Shown piece by piece: positions 40,801 through 56,249 of a stretch of DNA of 64,000 nucleotides (position 1 is the first letter of the stretch; the number at the start of each line of letters is the position of its first letter). This stretch comes from the human T2T-CHM13v2.0 reference genome, Homo sapiens. Under the pieces are notes generated by a model that did no database searches, had not been told where the DNA came from, and saw only the letters and a list, made by a program, of their open reading frames with translations. The stretch lies in assembly GCF_009914755.1 (NCBI RefSeq), contig NC_060925.1, one strand, 5' to 3'. Made by a program: the position numbers and the translations under genes.

Positions 40801-42771
40801 AGTTTGTATGCATACAGGTGTTTGTAATAGTCTCTGAGGGTTTTTTAAAAAATATTTCTATGGGGTTGATGGTAATGTCCCCTTTGTCATTTCTGATCGT
40901 ATTTATTTGGATATTCATTCCTTTCTTCTTTATTAGTCTAGCTAATGGTCTATATATGTCATTTATTCTTTCAAAGGACCAACCCCTCGATTTGTTCATC
41001 TTTTATATGGTTTTTCATGTCTCAGTTTCATTCGGTTCAGCTCAGATTTTAGTTATTTCTTGTCTTCTGGTAGCCTTGGGGTTGGTTTGCTCTTGTTTTT
41101 CTAGTTCCTCTATGTGTAATGTTAGGTTGGTTAATTTGAGATCTTTATAACTTTTTGATGTGGGCACTTAGCAGTATAAACTTTCCTCTTAACACTGCTT
41201 TAGCTGTGTCCCAGAGATTCTGGTATGTTGTATTTTTGTTCTCAGTAGTTTCACATAATTTCTTGATTTCTCCTTTAATCTCTTTGTTTACCCAAAACTC
41301 ATTCAGGAGCAGGTTAATTTCCTGTACAGTTTTGAGTGACCTTCCTCTTACTGATATATATTTTTATTGTGCTGTGGTTTGAGAGTACAGTTGGTATAAT
41401 TTCCCTTTTTTTTAATTTTCTGAGAATTGTTTTATGCTAATTGTGTGGTCGATTTTAGAGTATATCGCATGTGCAGATGAGAAGAATATATATTCTGCCA
41501 TCTTAGAGGTGGAGAGTTCTGTAGATGTCTTTTAGATCCATTTAGTCAAGTGTTAAGTTCAAGTCCCGAATATCTTAGTTGTCTGCCTTGATGGTCTGTC
41601 TAAACTGGTAGTAGGATGTTGAAGTCTCCCACTATTATTTTGTAGTCATCTAAGTCACTTCTTAGGTCTCTAAGAACTCATCTTATGAATCTGGGTGCTC
41701 CTGTTTTGGGTGCATATATACTTAGGATAGTTACATCTTCTTGTTGAATTGAGCCCTTTACCATTGTGTAATGCACTTGTCTTTTTTTTAAAATCGTTGT
41801 TGGTTTAAAGTCTGTTTTGTCTGAAATTAGAATAGCAAACCCTGCTTTTTTTCTGTTTTCCATTTGTTAGGTTGATTTTTCATCATCCCTTTACTTTGAG
41901 CCTGTGCGTGTCATTACATGTAAGATGGGCCTCTTGAGGGCAGCATACAGTTGGGTCTTGCTTCTTTATCCAACTTGCCACTCTGTGACTTTTAATTGAG
42001 ACATTTACTCTGTTTCCATTCAAGGTTACTATTGATATGTATGGATTTGATTCTGTCATTGTATTGTTAGGGGGTTATTAGGCAGACTTGATTGTGTAGT
42101 TGACTTATAGTGTCAGTGGGTCTATGTACTTAAGTGTGTTTTTGTGGCAGTCAGTAATGGCCTTTCCTCTCCTTATTTAGCACTCCCTTAAGGACTTCTC
42201 GAAAGGCAGGTCTAGTGGTAACTAATTCCCTTAGCATTTGCTTGTCTGAAAAGGATCTTATTTCTCCTTCACTTAGGAAACTTAGTTTGGCTGGATATGA
42301 AATTCTTAGTTGTAATTTCTTTTCTTTAAGAATGCTGAGTGTAGGCCCCCAATATCTTCTGGCTTGCAGGGTTTCTGCTGAAAAGTCTGCTGTTAGCCTG
42401 ATGGGGTTCCATTTGTAGGTGACTTGCCCCTTGTCTTTATCTGCCTTTTACATTTTTAATTTCATTTCAACCTTGGTGAATCTGATGACTATGTGTCTAG
42501 GGGATGGTCATTTTGTATAGTATCTCACAAGGGCTGTCTGCATGTCCTGAATTTCACTGTTGCCCTCTCTAGCAAGGTTGGGGAAACTTTCACGGACAAT
42601 ATCCTCAAATGTATTTTCGAAGTTGCTTGCTTTCTTGCCCTCTCTTTCAGGGACACCAGTGAGTTGTAGATTTGGTCTCTTTACATAATCCCATATTTCT
42701 TAACAGTTTTGTTCATTCTTTTTAAATTTTTTTCTTTATTTTTGTCTGACTGAGTTATTTGAGAGAGCCAG

Positions 42772-45381
<2,610 letters not shown>

Positions 45382-46424
45382 GCCAGTCTTCAAGCTCTGA
45401 GAATCTTTCCTCAGCTTGATCTATTCTGCTGAGATTGTATTATGAAACTCTTGAAGTAAGTTTTTCAGCTCTGCCAGATCAGTTTGATTCTTCTTAAAAT
45501 GACCATTTCATCTTTCAGCTCCCATATATACCTTAGATTCCTTGGATTTTGCTTTAACTTTCTCTTGAACCTCAATGATCTTCATGCCTATCTATATTCT
45601 GACTTATATGTCTGTCATTTCAGCCATTTCAGTCTGGTTAAGAACAATTATTGGGGAACTAGTACAGTCATTTGGAGATAAGAAGACACTCTGACTTTTT
45701 GAGTTGCCAGAGTTATTGCACTAGGTTTTTTTGTTTTGTTTTGTTTTTTGTTTTTTGTGTTTTTTATTTTTTTATTTTTTCATCTCTGTGGGCTCATTCT
45801 TCTTCAGTCTTTGAAATTGCTGTCCTTTGGATGTGTTTTTTTTGCCTTTATCTTCTTTAATGCCCTTCAGGCTTTGATTGTGGTATAAGGTGATTGGCTT
45901 CATTTCTGCAAGATTTTAGGGGGACAAGGCTCAGCTTGGCACTTCTGGGCTGCATGCTGTAACTCTAGGGGGTTGGTACCGGGCCACAGCTTTGTTCTCT
46001 GGCCCCTTGTGGTTAGCAACCTGCTTTACTGGAGGGGTCGAGGTATTCCCTGTCTGCTGGCCACAACACTCCAATGGGGGTTGCTGGCCACAGAGTTTCA
46101 TTGGGGCAGTGGCAACGGGATCTGTGCTTGCTCATGCATGCCAGCAGCCACAGCAGCATGTCAGGGTGCACACACATCAGCTGGGGAGGAACTTTCTCTC
46201 CAAGTTGAGGAGTGAGTGGGAGGCAGGCCAGTAAGGGAGAAGCAGCAACTGGAGAGTCATGTAGGCAAGAGAGTTCTCTTCTAAGAGAGGAGACATCCAG
46301 ACTTACTCACATCCAGGAAAGTAGCTAAAAGAATTGGATAGATTAAAATTGAAATAAATTGAGGAAAGTTAAGTGAAGCAAACTCCCTGAGGTTATAGAA
46401 AGGGATGAGATCAAAAGAATACGG

Positions 46425-47070
46425 AGGAGCAAGGATGTGGAGAAATTTCTTTGTACATTGCTGGTAGAACTATAAAATGGTGCATCTGTTGTGGAAAATA
46501 ATTTGGTAGATTCTCAAAAACTTAAGCATAGCTTTACTGTAGGACCCAGCAATTCCACCCAAAAGAATTGAAAAGAGGGAATTAAACAGATACTTGTACT
46601 TGTGCTGTGGTTATTACAGCATTGTTCACAATAACCAAAGGTGGAAATATCCCGAGTGTCCATGAACAGATGAATTGATTTTTAAAATGTGCTGTATACA
46701 TATAATGGAATATTATTCAACCATAAAAAGGAATGAAGTTCTGATATGTGCTACGACATGGATAAACATTGAAAACATGTTAAATGAAATAAGCCAGACA
46801 AATATTGCATAATTCCACTTACATGAAATATCTAAAATAGGCAAATTCATAGAGATACAACATAGATTAAAAGTTACCAGAGGTTTGGGGGAGTAGGGAG
46901 TTATTAAGTAATGTGTGGATAATTTCTTTTTGAGATGGTGGAAGTGTTTTTAAAATAGATAGTGGCAATAATTGCATAACACTATAAATGTAATCAATGT
47001 GACCATATACTTAAAAATGGTCAAAATGGCATATTTCATGTTATATGAATTTTATCCCAATAAAGTTTTT
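46425..47070 (+). mobile_element. L1MB-class 3' fragment
   Basis: aggatgtggagaaa...aatggaatattattcaaccataaaaaggaatgaag... Confidence 0.75.
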
Positions 47071-47242
47071 AAAATGTAATGCCAGCCATAATATATGTCA
47101 TGATTCAATTTGGTAAATAAAATATTCAAGTATTTTATTTTAAAAAATATTAAGTAATTAGCACCAAGCAAGACAGGGTTCTCTTCCTCTGAGTTGGGAG
47201 CATAGGTGAAGTTGTGTACAGATATAAATAAGATTGTCCTTA

Positions 47243-47696
47243 TGTGATGGTTAATGTATCATCTTGACTGGGCTAAGAGATGCCCAGATGGCTGGTAAAG
47301 CATTATTTCTGGGGGTGTCTGTGGGAGTGTTGGTGAAGGAGAGTAGTATTTGAATCAGTAGGCTGGATAAAGAAGATGGCCCTAACTGATGTGGGTGAAC
47401 ATCACCTCATCCCATGATGGCCCTAATAGAACAAAAATATGGAGAAACGGTAAATCACTCTGTTTGACCTGAGACAGCCATCATCTCCTGCCCTTGGAAA
47501 TCAGAGCTTCTGGTTCTCAGGCCTTCAGACTCTGACTGGACTTATATCATCAGCCCCACCTCACCCTCCCATTCTCAGTCTTTCAGACTTGGACTGAATT
47601 ATACCACTAGCTTTCCTGTTTTCCCAGCATGCAGGTTGGTCATATCTAACCAGTATCTCATTGGTTCTGTTTCTCTGGAGAACCCTAACTAATACA
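47243..47696 (+). mobile_element. MLT2 (ERVL) solo LTR
   Basis: tgtgatggttaat...cttgactgggctaag...ggttctgtttctctggagaaccctaactaataca. Confidence 0.85.
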
Positions 47697-48794
47697 CTTT
47701 GTCTTCATGGACATTAAGGGAGTTCCTTACAGCCTCTATTTCCTTTGCTAAACAAGAGTCAAGCTCCTCTGCTTGGGGTAGATGGGGATTGGTAGAGATT
47801 TAATAAGGAACTGGAGGACAGCAGTGAAGGTTAAGAATGGCCACCAAGGGGAATGGGAGAGGGCAATGACCAAGGATAACAAAAGAACAGTTGAGGTATT
47901 CTACTGGCCAGCTGAGATTGGTACAGTGCAAATGTGATGTGTTTCATCTTCATGGTTCCTTGATTTTTTTCCCCAGCTGCACTAGGTAGAGGAGTTAGAG
48001 AAGCTGAATTGCTGGACTCATCCTGGATGGGGGGTTTGTGGGATGGACACTGCAAAAAGCTAATGGCTTAAGAGGGCTACTTTATAGAGGGCTAATAAAA
48101 GAATAGCTCCCTGGTCAATCATTGGGTTCAGACTTGGTATGAAAGAGGAGTCAGAAAGGGACTGATAACCCTGGAGAAAGTGGAGTTGACATAAAAAAAA
48201 TGGGTTTAATGAGAGTGAGGAGTGAGAGACAGATCAGGATATTGGGCTTTCAGTGTTGCAGAGATAGGACTCTTTTGGTTGATGACATGATAAGAAGAGG
48301 TTGTAAAAGGAAGGGGAAATTGTAGAAATGGTTGGTGTATTAAAGTAGACCAACAGATATTACCAGTAGTATATAATGGCTTAATTATAGTAGAATTTTA
48401 TTTCTTGCTCATACAGATAGTCCAAGGTAGCTGGTGGGGATTTTCTGCTTCACTGTCATTCAAAGACCCAGGTGAAGGAGGCCTTGTTATCAGTTAAATA
48501 GCTTTCAAGATAATCTGGGCATTGACATAAGTTAGCATAAGGAAAAAGAATAAGAAGACTGTGCAGGTAGTTTTATGGGCCTGAGAGACGCATGCATCAT
48601 CCCTTCCCATCTCATTGGCCAGAGCTTAGTCACATGGCCACACTAAGTTTCAAAGAAGCCTGGGAAATCTGTAGTTGCGTATCCTGCAAAAAGAGCAACC
48701 AGCACCTCCCTTTTTAAAAGCATTTGTTGTTTTGATGCTGCTGCTTAGTTTAGTTCTTAAGTCCAAAGATAAATTTTGAAAAGGCTAACATTGA

Positions 48795-50355
48795 AAGACC
48801 CTTCACAGAATTACAAGAAACTATTTTAAAATTCAGATGGAAGAACAACATCAAAAAAAGCTCATATAGCCAAAACAATCCTAAGCAAAAAGAACAAAGT
48901 TGGAGGCATCATGCTACCAGACTTAAAACTATACTGTAAGGCCACAGTAACCAAAACAGCATGGTATTGGTATAAAAACAGACACCTAGACCAATAGAAC
49001 AGAATGGAGAACTCAGAAATAAGACCACACATCTACAATCATCTGATCTTTGACAAACCTGACAAAAACAAGCAATGGGGAAAAGATTCTCTATTTAATA
49101 AATGGTGCTGGGAGAACTGGCTAGCCACATGCAGAAAACTGAAACTAGACCCCTTCCTTACACCTTATACAAAATTAACTCAAGATGGATTAAAACCTTA
49201 AATGTAAAACCCCAAAGTATAAAAACCCTAGAAGAAAATCTAGGCAATACTATTCAGGACATAGGCATGGACAAAGATTTCATGACGAAAACATCAAAAG
49301 CAATTGCAACAAAAGCAAAAATTGACAAATGGGATCTAATTAAACAAAAGAGCTTCTGTACCGCAAAAGAAACTATCATCAGAGTGAACAGGTAACCTAT
49401 AGCGTGGGAGAAAAATTTTGCAATCTCTCCATCTGACAAAGGTCTAATATCCAGAATCTACAAGGAATTTAAACAAATTTACAAGAAAAAAACAAACAAC
49501 CCCATTAAAAACTGGGCAAAGGACATGAAAAAACACTTCTCAGAAGAAGACATTAGTGCAGCCAAGAAACATGAAAAAAACTCAACATCACAGATTATTA
49601 GGTAAATGCAAATCAAAACCACAATGAGATACCATCTTACACCAGTCACAATGGCAATTATTAAACAGTCAAGAAACAACAGATGCTGGCAAGGTTGTGG
49701 AGAAATAGGAATGCTTTTACACTGTTGGTGTGAATGTAAATTAGTTCAACCATTTTGGAAGACAGTGTGGCAATTCCTCAAAGATCTAGAATCAGGAATA
49801 CCATTTGATTCAGCAGTCCCATTACTGGGTATATACCCAAAGGAATATAAATCATTCTATCATGAAGATACATGCACATGTCTGTTCATTGCAGCACTAT
49901 TCACAATAGCAAAGACATGGAATTAACCCAAATGCCCATCAATGATAGACTGGATAAAGAAAACGTGGTACATAGACACCATGGAATGCTGTGAAGCCCT
50001 GAAAAGGAATGAGACCATGTCATTTGCAGGGACATGGATGGAGCTGGAAGCCATTATCCTCAGCAAACTAATGCAAGAACAGAAAACCAAACACTGCATG
50101 TTCTTACTTGTAAGTGGGAGCTGAAGAATGAGAACACATCGACACAGGGAGGGGAACAACACACACTGGGGCCTGTCAGGGGTGGGTTGGGGAGAAGGAG
50201 AGCATTAGGAAAAATAGCTAATGCATGCTGGGCTTAATACCTAGGTGATAGGTTGATAGTGCAACAAACCACCATGGCACACATTTACCTATGTAACAAA
50301 CCTGCACATCCTGCACATGTACTTAAAATAAAATTTAAATTTAAATTAAAAAAAA
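48795..50355 (+). mobile_element. L1PA (PA8-10-like) 3' ~1.5 kb
   Basis: ORF2 C-terminus ([26 protein letters not shown]; MRYHLTPV), 3' UTR and A-rich tail. Confidence 0.9.
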
Positions 50356-51152
50356 TTTTTAATCAGCTGAAGAAGACTTATTTGACAATATATGGGAGGT
50401 CTTCAATTCTAGTTATATTTTGTAAATCTACTATTTTGAAAAGCCTGCCTAGTTTCATCTCTATGACCCAGTTTTCTCATTTGATAAAATGGGCCTTATG
50501 TATTTTCCTTCATCAGAAATGTGTTTCAGGTTTTTGTTTTTTGTTTTTTTGGCTTTTTTTTTTTTGTAATACAGACCCTTTATCACCTACCTTGTGCCAG
50601 CAGAAAATATTAAATAGCACTAGGAAATACTCATGAAGTCACTGAAAGCATTAGCCCTTACAGTGAGCCAAAATGGATTTTGTGTCCGATTTAAGTGCAA
50701 AAGCCATTTTGCTTGTGACTGTTACTTCAACAAATGAAATACTTTTGAGCCACACAAACAGCTTCTCTCTGAATAAGCTGCTCAGTGTTGATTTTTAAAT
50801 AAGGTGAAGCCTCCCCACAGTGTATATTATCCACTCTAAATTTCCCACCAATAGGAAGGCAAGGCAAGCACAGCCATCAGCTGAGAGTCATTGGCTGAGA
50901 ATGTTGAGCTCATAGTCACTCCACCCACAAGGAGCTGCTGACAGAAGGTGGGCGGGAGTGGAGGCATGTGAAGGATCCATACAACAAAGAGGAACTTCTC
51001 TCCAGAAGATACTTCATCCCAAGAGCCTTGTGATAGTATTCAAAAGGGCTTGGTGTAAACTTGAATAGTTCACCATCTTCCTTTCCAACCTTATATGGAA
51101 ATTCTTCCAAAAATAAACCCTGTCTTGGTGGGGAAAAGCTGTTTAAAGAAAC

Positions 51153-51810
51153 ATGGTGAATTACTACAAAGTACTAGGTGTGCCTCACAATGCTTCCTCC
51201 CCTGATATTAAGAAGGCTTATCACCAGTTGGCTCTGCAGGTACACCCAGACAAGAACCCAGGGAACAAAGAGGCATCTGAGGAGAAATTCAAACAAGTAG
51301 CAAGAGGCCTATGAGGTCTTGTCTGATGCCAGGAAATGAAATGAGTATGACAAGTCCAGAAGGAACCGAACCAAAAGGGAAACAGAGGAGATGGCAGAGA
51401 CAAAAAACATTTGGAGGAGGAACTATGCATTCTCAGGATTCTCAGGTGATGATTTTTCCCTTGGCCTTGTGGGTAAAGCCAGGAGATTCCACTCCTCCAT
51501 CTTTGATGTGGCTCCCATATTGGACACAGGATTTTCCACTTTTTTATCTCTGGGCTCCAGAGCAAGTACCTCTACCTCTGAGACATTTGAACCCTTTGTA
51601 AGCAGCGGACTGAGAAACTTCAGACTGGTCACCATTTGTAGCCAGACAGTAAATGGCAAGAGAGTTGTTACAAAGAAAGTGCTAGAAGATGTGAGGGGGA
51701 AGAATGAAGCAGAAAAAGACTGTTTCATGAGATTCCTCCACATCATTGGTAAGAAGTTGCTGCTGTGTTCTTTAACAGGGAGATTTTCATATGAGGCTGG
51801 GGTGTTCTGA
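51153..51810 (+). pseudogene. Intronless DnaJ/Hsp40 (DNAJB6/7/8-family) retrocopy, disrupted
   Basis: [50 protein letters not shown], then a +1 shift at ~51303 to [16 protein letters not shown]; C-terminal NFRLVTICSQTVNGKRVVTKKVLE resembles DNAJB6 [24 protein letters not shown]; no introns. Confidence 0.9.
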
Positions 51811-52337
51811 TGCTTATGAAAGACTGAATTGGTGTTTGAGAATGTTTTGAACTAGGATGGACAGAGGTCAGCTTAGTTCAAACCTCTCATTTCACAGAGG
51901 AGGGGAATGTGCCAGATGTTGTGTAAGAACCTAGTAAGTAGCAGGCAGAGCATCCATCCCCAGTCTTCTGATTCTAAATTGAGCCTTCTTTCCCTTATGC
52001 ACCATCTGGGACAGTAGAGGCCACCACCACAAATATGGCCTTCCCAGTCAGCGCAGAGCCCGACCTTCATAAATTCCATTGACTTCTCTTCAATGTGTTT
52101 TTCCTGCCCTACCTTGCAATTGCCTAGTTGCCTGTCTTGATGGCTACTCTTTGTCTCTTCCTAGGCTCTTTTCTCTTTGCTACTTCTGTTCCCACCTATT
52201 CTTTCTTCCTATACATTTCCCATGGACCATATCACAAATAGCTTCAATTCAGAGTTACCTAGTATAGATTAATGCTGGCAGAGAGAATGAGTGAAAAGTA
52301 AATGGGTTGAGATCTTTATATGCTTTTAAAATTTATA

Positions 52338-52477
52338 CATATTTTTTAATTTAAATTTTTTAGAGATAGGGTCTCACTATGTTGCCCAGGCTGGCCTTGA
52401 ATTCCTGGGCTCAAGCAATCCTCCCACCTCAGCCTCTCAAGTAGCTGGGACTACAGGCATGTACCACCATACTCAGC
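52338..52477 (-). mobile_element. FLAM/Alu monomer
   Basis: Monomer consensus; 13-bp TSD TTTATATGCTTTT (52315-52327, 52479-52491). Confidence 0.85.
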
Positions 52478-52499
52478 TTTTATATGCTTTTTTCAATAA

Positions 52500-52710
52500 C
52501 TAGCATTTATTGAGTGATCAGTGCATGTCAGGAATTCTACTTCACAAAAGTTACCTCAATAATACTTGCAGCAGTGAAACACAGTAGTTACTTTCCCCCA
52601 TCACATAGATAAGAAAATGAGGCTTAGAAAAATTCAGTAATGTGCCCCAGGCCCCACTAATAAGCAATAAAGTAGTGTCTTAGTCTAAAGCACATGCTTA
52701 GCTAGTGAGC
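52500..52710 (-). mobile_element. MIR
   Basis: catttattgagtg...catagataagaaaatgaggcttagaaa. Confidence 0.55.
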
Positions 52711-53454
52711 TATAATATCTATGAATCCTACTCATTTATTTTTAAATCTAGATTCTTGCCCTCATTGGAAATTTAAACCTATCATCTCGGAACTTTACTT
52801 CCATGCATGAGTACTTGCTGGAACTTAATAAGTATGTAAACATTGTTTATTGCCCAACGGGAACCTGAAGGTTAATTTTACATAAAGACACAAACAATGT
52901 CAAAGTTTTACTGACACTAACAAATGATTATCAGTTAACACACAATTCCCAAGATGTGAAATATCTTTTTGTTTTGGACTTCATCATGATGTACATGCAA
53001 AATCTTGGTTTTGTTTTGTTTAGCTGGAATTGGTCACACTCCAATCACTTCATTTATATTAATACACAGACTGGGATCCAGAGGAGTTGTTCCTTACGGA
53101 AAGTTACTGATAGAGTCTGCAAGAACCTGTCTTCCAGTTTCCAGTCCCAAGCTCATTGTAGCACAGCATGCTGTTGGTAGAATTTGGATTTCACTTGCAT
53201 CCCATGGACGTTATGTATCAAATTATTAGCTTTCTTAATCAAGGAACTTTCCTGTGTGTACAATTTTTATGAAACGAATGTTTTATGTAGTCTTTGAACT
53301 CTTTAATCTCAGTAAATTTTCTGAGCCTAAATAGGAACATGCCTACATCTTCCTGGCAAAGGGGAGCACACTGGCAGAAAGGAAGCAGAAGGTGGATTTG
53401 GAATCAGAACACATCCCATTTCTTTCGAAGCCTATCCATTTCCACTTAGTAGTC

Positions 53455-53670
53455 ATTGAGAACCTCCTACATGTCAGGCACTGTGTGCGGTGGTTTGCAT
53501 CCAGCATTTCTAATCCCTAAAGTCCTTTACTGGTTTATTTCCATCTTAAGGTGAGGAAATTGAGACTCAGGGCAGTTAAGTCCCCTACCCAGGGTCACAT
53601 AGCAGTTTGTGGAGACAGGATTCAGATTGCGGTTTGCCTGACTGTAAGCTTCATTTCCATTATTCTCTAT
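53455..53670 (-). mobile_element. MIR
   Basis: tgtcaggcactgtg...gtgaggaaattgagactcagggcagttaagt...agggtcacatagc. Confidence 0.65.
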
Positions 53671-56105
53671 TCCACTGTCATTCCTTTGAGCTGCTCTAGT
53701 CAGGGTTTAAGAGGAATGTTTGGTTGTATGTATGAATTAACTATATTTATTTCAACATTTCTAAAATGAGGATTTCCAGATGGAGCTTTCTTTTACCAAC
53801 CCTGGTCTGAGGTGAACTGCAGTGTGTCTACTGAACAAAGGGAAAATCAGATTGGAGCATGAAACATGATTTTTCCATTTTGTCTTAAGTAAAATCCAAA
53901 TTTCAGCATTTTTCACAGGCATACTTGGCTTTTGACAGAAATGCTGAGTTGTCAAAGGACTTTTTGCCAGCAAAGATTTTTTAAAAATTCACTTTGAGTT
54001 AGTCGAGGAAGTTTTCTTGGTGTATAGAAATGAAAGCAGTGTCATCTCTTCCTGATGCCTGTTTAAAACATGTAGTAAGTGAAGTGTGAGCACACAACAG
54101 CCGAGGAAAGATGGAGGGTAGGAGGGCTTTACCGTTCAGTAAAACATTCCGAGCCTGTGTGCAAGACACAGCGTGAGCTTTAAGGTTACATCTAATTTGG
54201 TCTCTGACCTCACAGTGTCTTCAGCACGGCTACTGTGGTTTCCAGGGGCCAGAGGCTCCTCTCCCAACTCTCAGACATGCAGGTTTCACTAATCAGCAAT
54301 CTCTAGGATTACTACTTGCCTAAATAGGAAGCAAAGTACTTTAGGATTATTGAGTCAATTCCTGTGTCCTTAAGGAATTTTCTGCTCTTTGTACTATGAA
54401 TCAGCTGCTTTTTAATGTTATAGTCTCTCACAAATTAATATGAGACATTTTGTGTTCTGGTAGCTGACAGAATAAAGATTTCCCAAACTCAAAACCACCA
54501 TAGACCAGGTAGAAGTAATTCCTTGTTCTGCTCTGGTTCATATTAGGTGGTTGACAAGTAAAATGAGGACCTGGTCCTGTCGAGAATGATGGAAGGGATA
54601 ATGACAAGTGATTGTATAACTCATAGCTCAGGGAGCATTTGCAAGAGCGGTTTCTCACAGAATCTTGTCAGAAACCCCGCCAAGGAGGAAAGAGAAGAGA
54701 AGGGACTTGCCTAAGGTCACAAAGTGGGTGTTTCTTCAGCCGCCTAGCCTGCTGCTATTTCTCCCACACTCTCAGGAACTCAAAGCACATTTCCTTCCCA
54801 GCCTGGCAAGCAAGGCACATGAGAGTTGGAGGAGCCGCCCTGGGGATGGTGTGGGAGGGAGTCCGTTTTACGTAGTTGCAGCTACACACGGTGTCCCCAT
54901 GTCTGTCGGTCAGTGGAGGAGGTAGGTACAGAAGTATGTGGTTATAACCATGCACAGAAATGTCGTGACTCACCGACCATGCACAGCTGGTTTAACTCTT
55001 GAATCCAAGTCACCTAGGAACCAGCTCAGGTTCTTAAGAGACGTAAGGTCCCCATAGCAAACAATAACAAAAATAATGTGGCATTCAGCATTCTTCTCAG
55101 TGCTTCCTTTCCAAAAGTTTCAAACCACTTTGTATATTTGGGATCCCCATCTCTTTTGTGAGAAGCCTGTTTTTATTTCACCCCAAAGCTTTGTAGTCTC
55201 TCCAGAATACCTGGAGTGCAGTGTACCTGACTCTGTGCCTAAGGGTGCAGGGAATGGACTCTGAGCAGAACAGGGAAGGGATTTTCAGCTGGCAGGGCCC
55301 TACCCCTCACTACCTTATTTGGAAGTTTGAGGATCCATTGAGAGGGAGTGTGGTAGGGGAACTTATCTTGGAGAGGTTGATTTTTGGGTTGAGGCAGGAT
55401 GGTTCCCCCTTTAAAGGGCAGGAAAGTCTCCCAGAGGTTGAGTCATTTTTCTAATGCCCAATGTTGCAATTGTGAGGACTCCAGGAAACCTAAGACTCTA
55501 GTCCCCATCGGACCATCTAAAAAACATATATTTAAGTATCAGGAGAAGCAGAGGGGGATTATAAAAAGAACATTGGCTTTGGCTGCAGGTATATGAGAGT
55601 TCAAATTCTATGCACCCCTTTCCTAACTTCTTGATCTTAGAGGGTGAACTTCTTGCTTGATCCTTCGCTTGCCTGTAAAATAGAAATGATCATCTCTGCC
55701 TGTTCTAATTTACAGAGTTGTTTTAGAAATTAAGTTCATGGAAAATTCTGCATAAACTTTAATAGACTTTATAAATGGAAAGTGTCATTATTCTTTTCAG
55801 AAGCAGCATCTTTGATCCTTAAGGGTACATGCAGTAAGCTTGCGATCTGTTTTTTAAGATGTGATGTTTGTGATAGGATCTTGAAAGCAAGATCAGCTAT
55901 AGATTGTGTTTAATGCCAAAGTATAGCTAAAAGCTGTAAGATAAAAATAGAGGATTGCATTTTTTCCATTTTGGCACTACTACAAATGTAATGTTTTTAG
56001 CTTGGGCACAAGTGGTGTGACTTTTACCTCTGAACTTCCTTTTGTCTTCATTATCCTTGAGCTTTTGGACTCACATGTTGGCTTTACCTTCTGCTTCCAT
56101 TATAG

Positions 56106-56249
56106 GAAATTGATGGAAAATCCCTGCTATTGATGACAAGAAATGATGTGTTGACAGGACTTCAGTTAAAATTGGGGCCTGCTCTGAAAATCTACGAATA
56201 TCATGTAAAACCTCTGCAGACAAAGCATTTAAAGAACAACTCTTCATAG
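56106..56249 (+). CDS. SAMD13: SAMD13 terminal exon coding part ([47 protein letters not shown])
   Basis: Pyrimidine tract and tatag acceptor; EIDG..LLL and [12 protein letters not shown] motifs; TAG at 56247-56249. Confidence 0.95.

Noticed and set aside
49004-50237. L1 ORF2 C-terminal ORFs
   Set aside because: 5'-truncated, frameshifted L1PA; not retrotransposition-competent.
51391-51810. 139-aa ORF as an independent intact gene
   Set aside because: It is the downstream part of the disrupted DnaJ retrocopy and lacks the J-domain.
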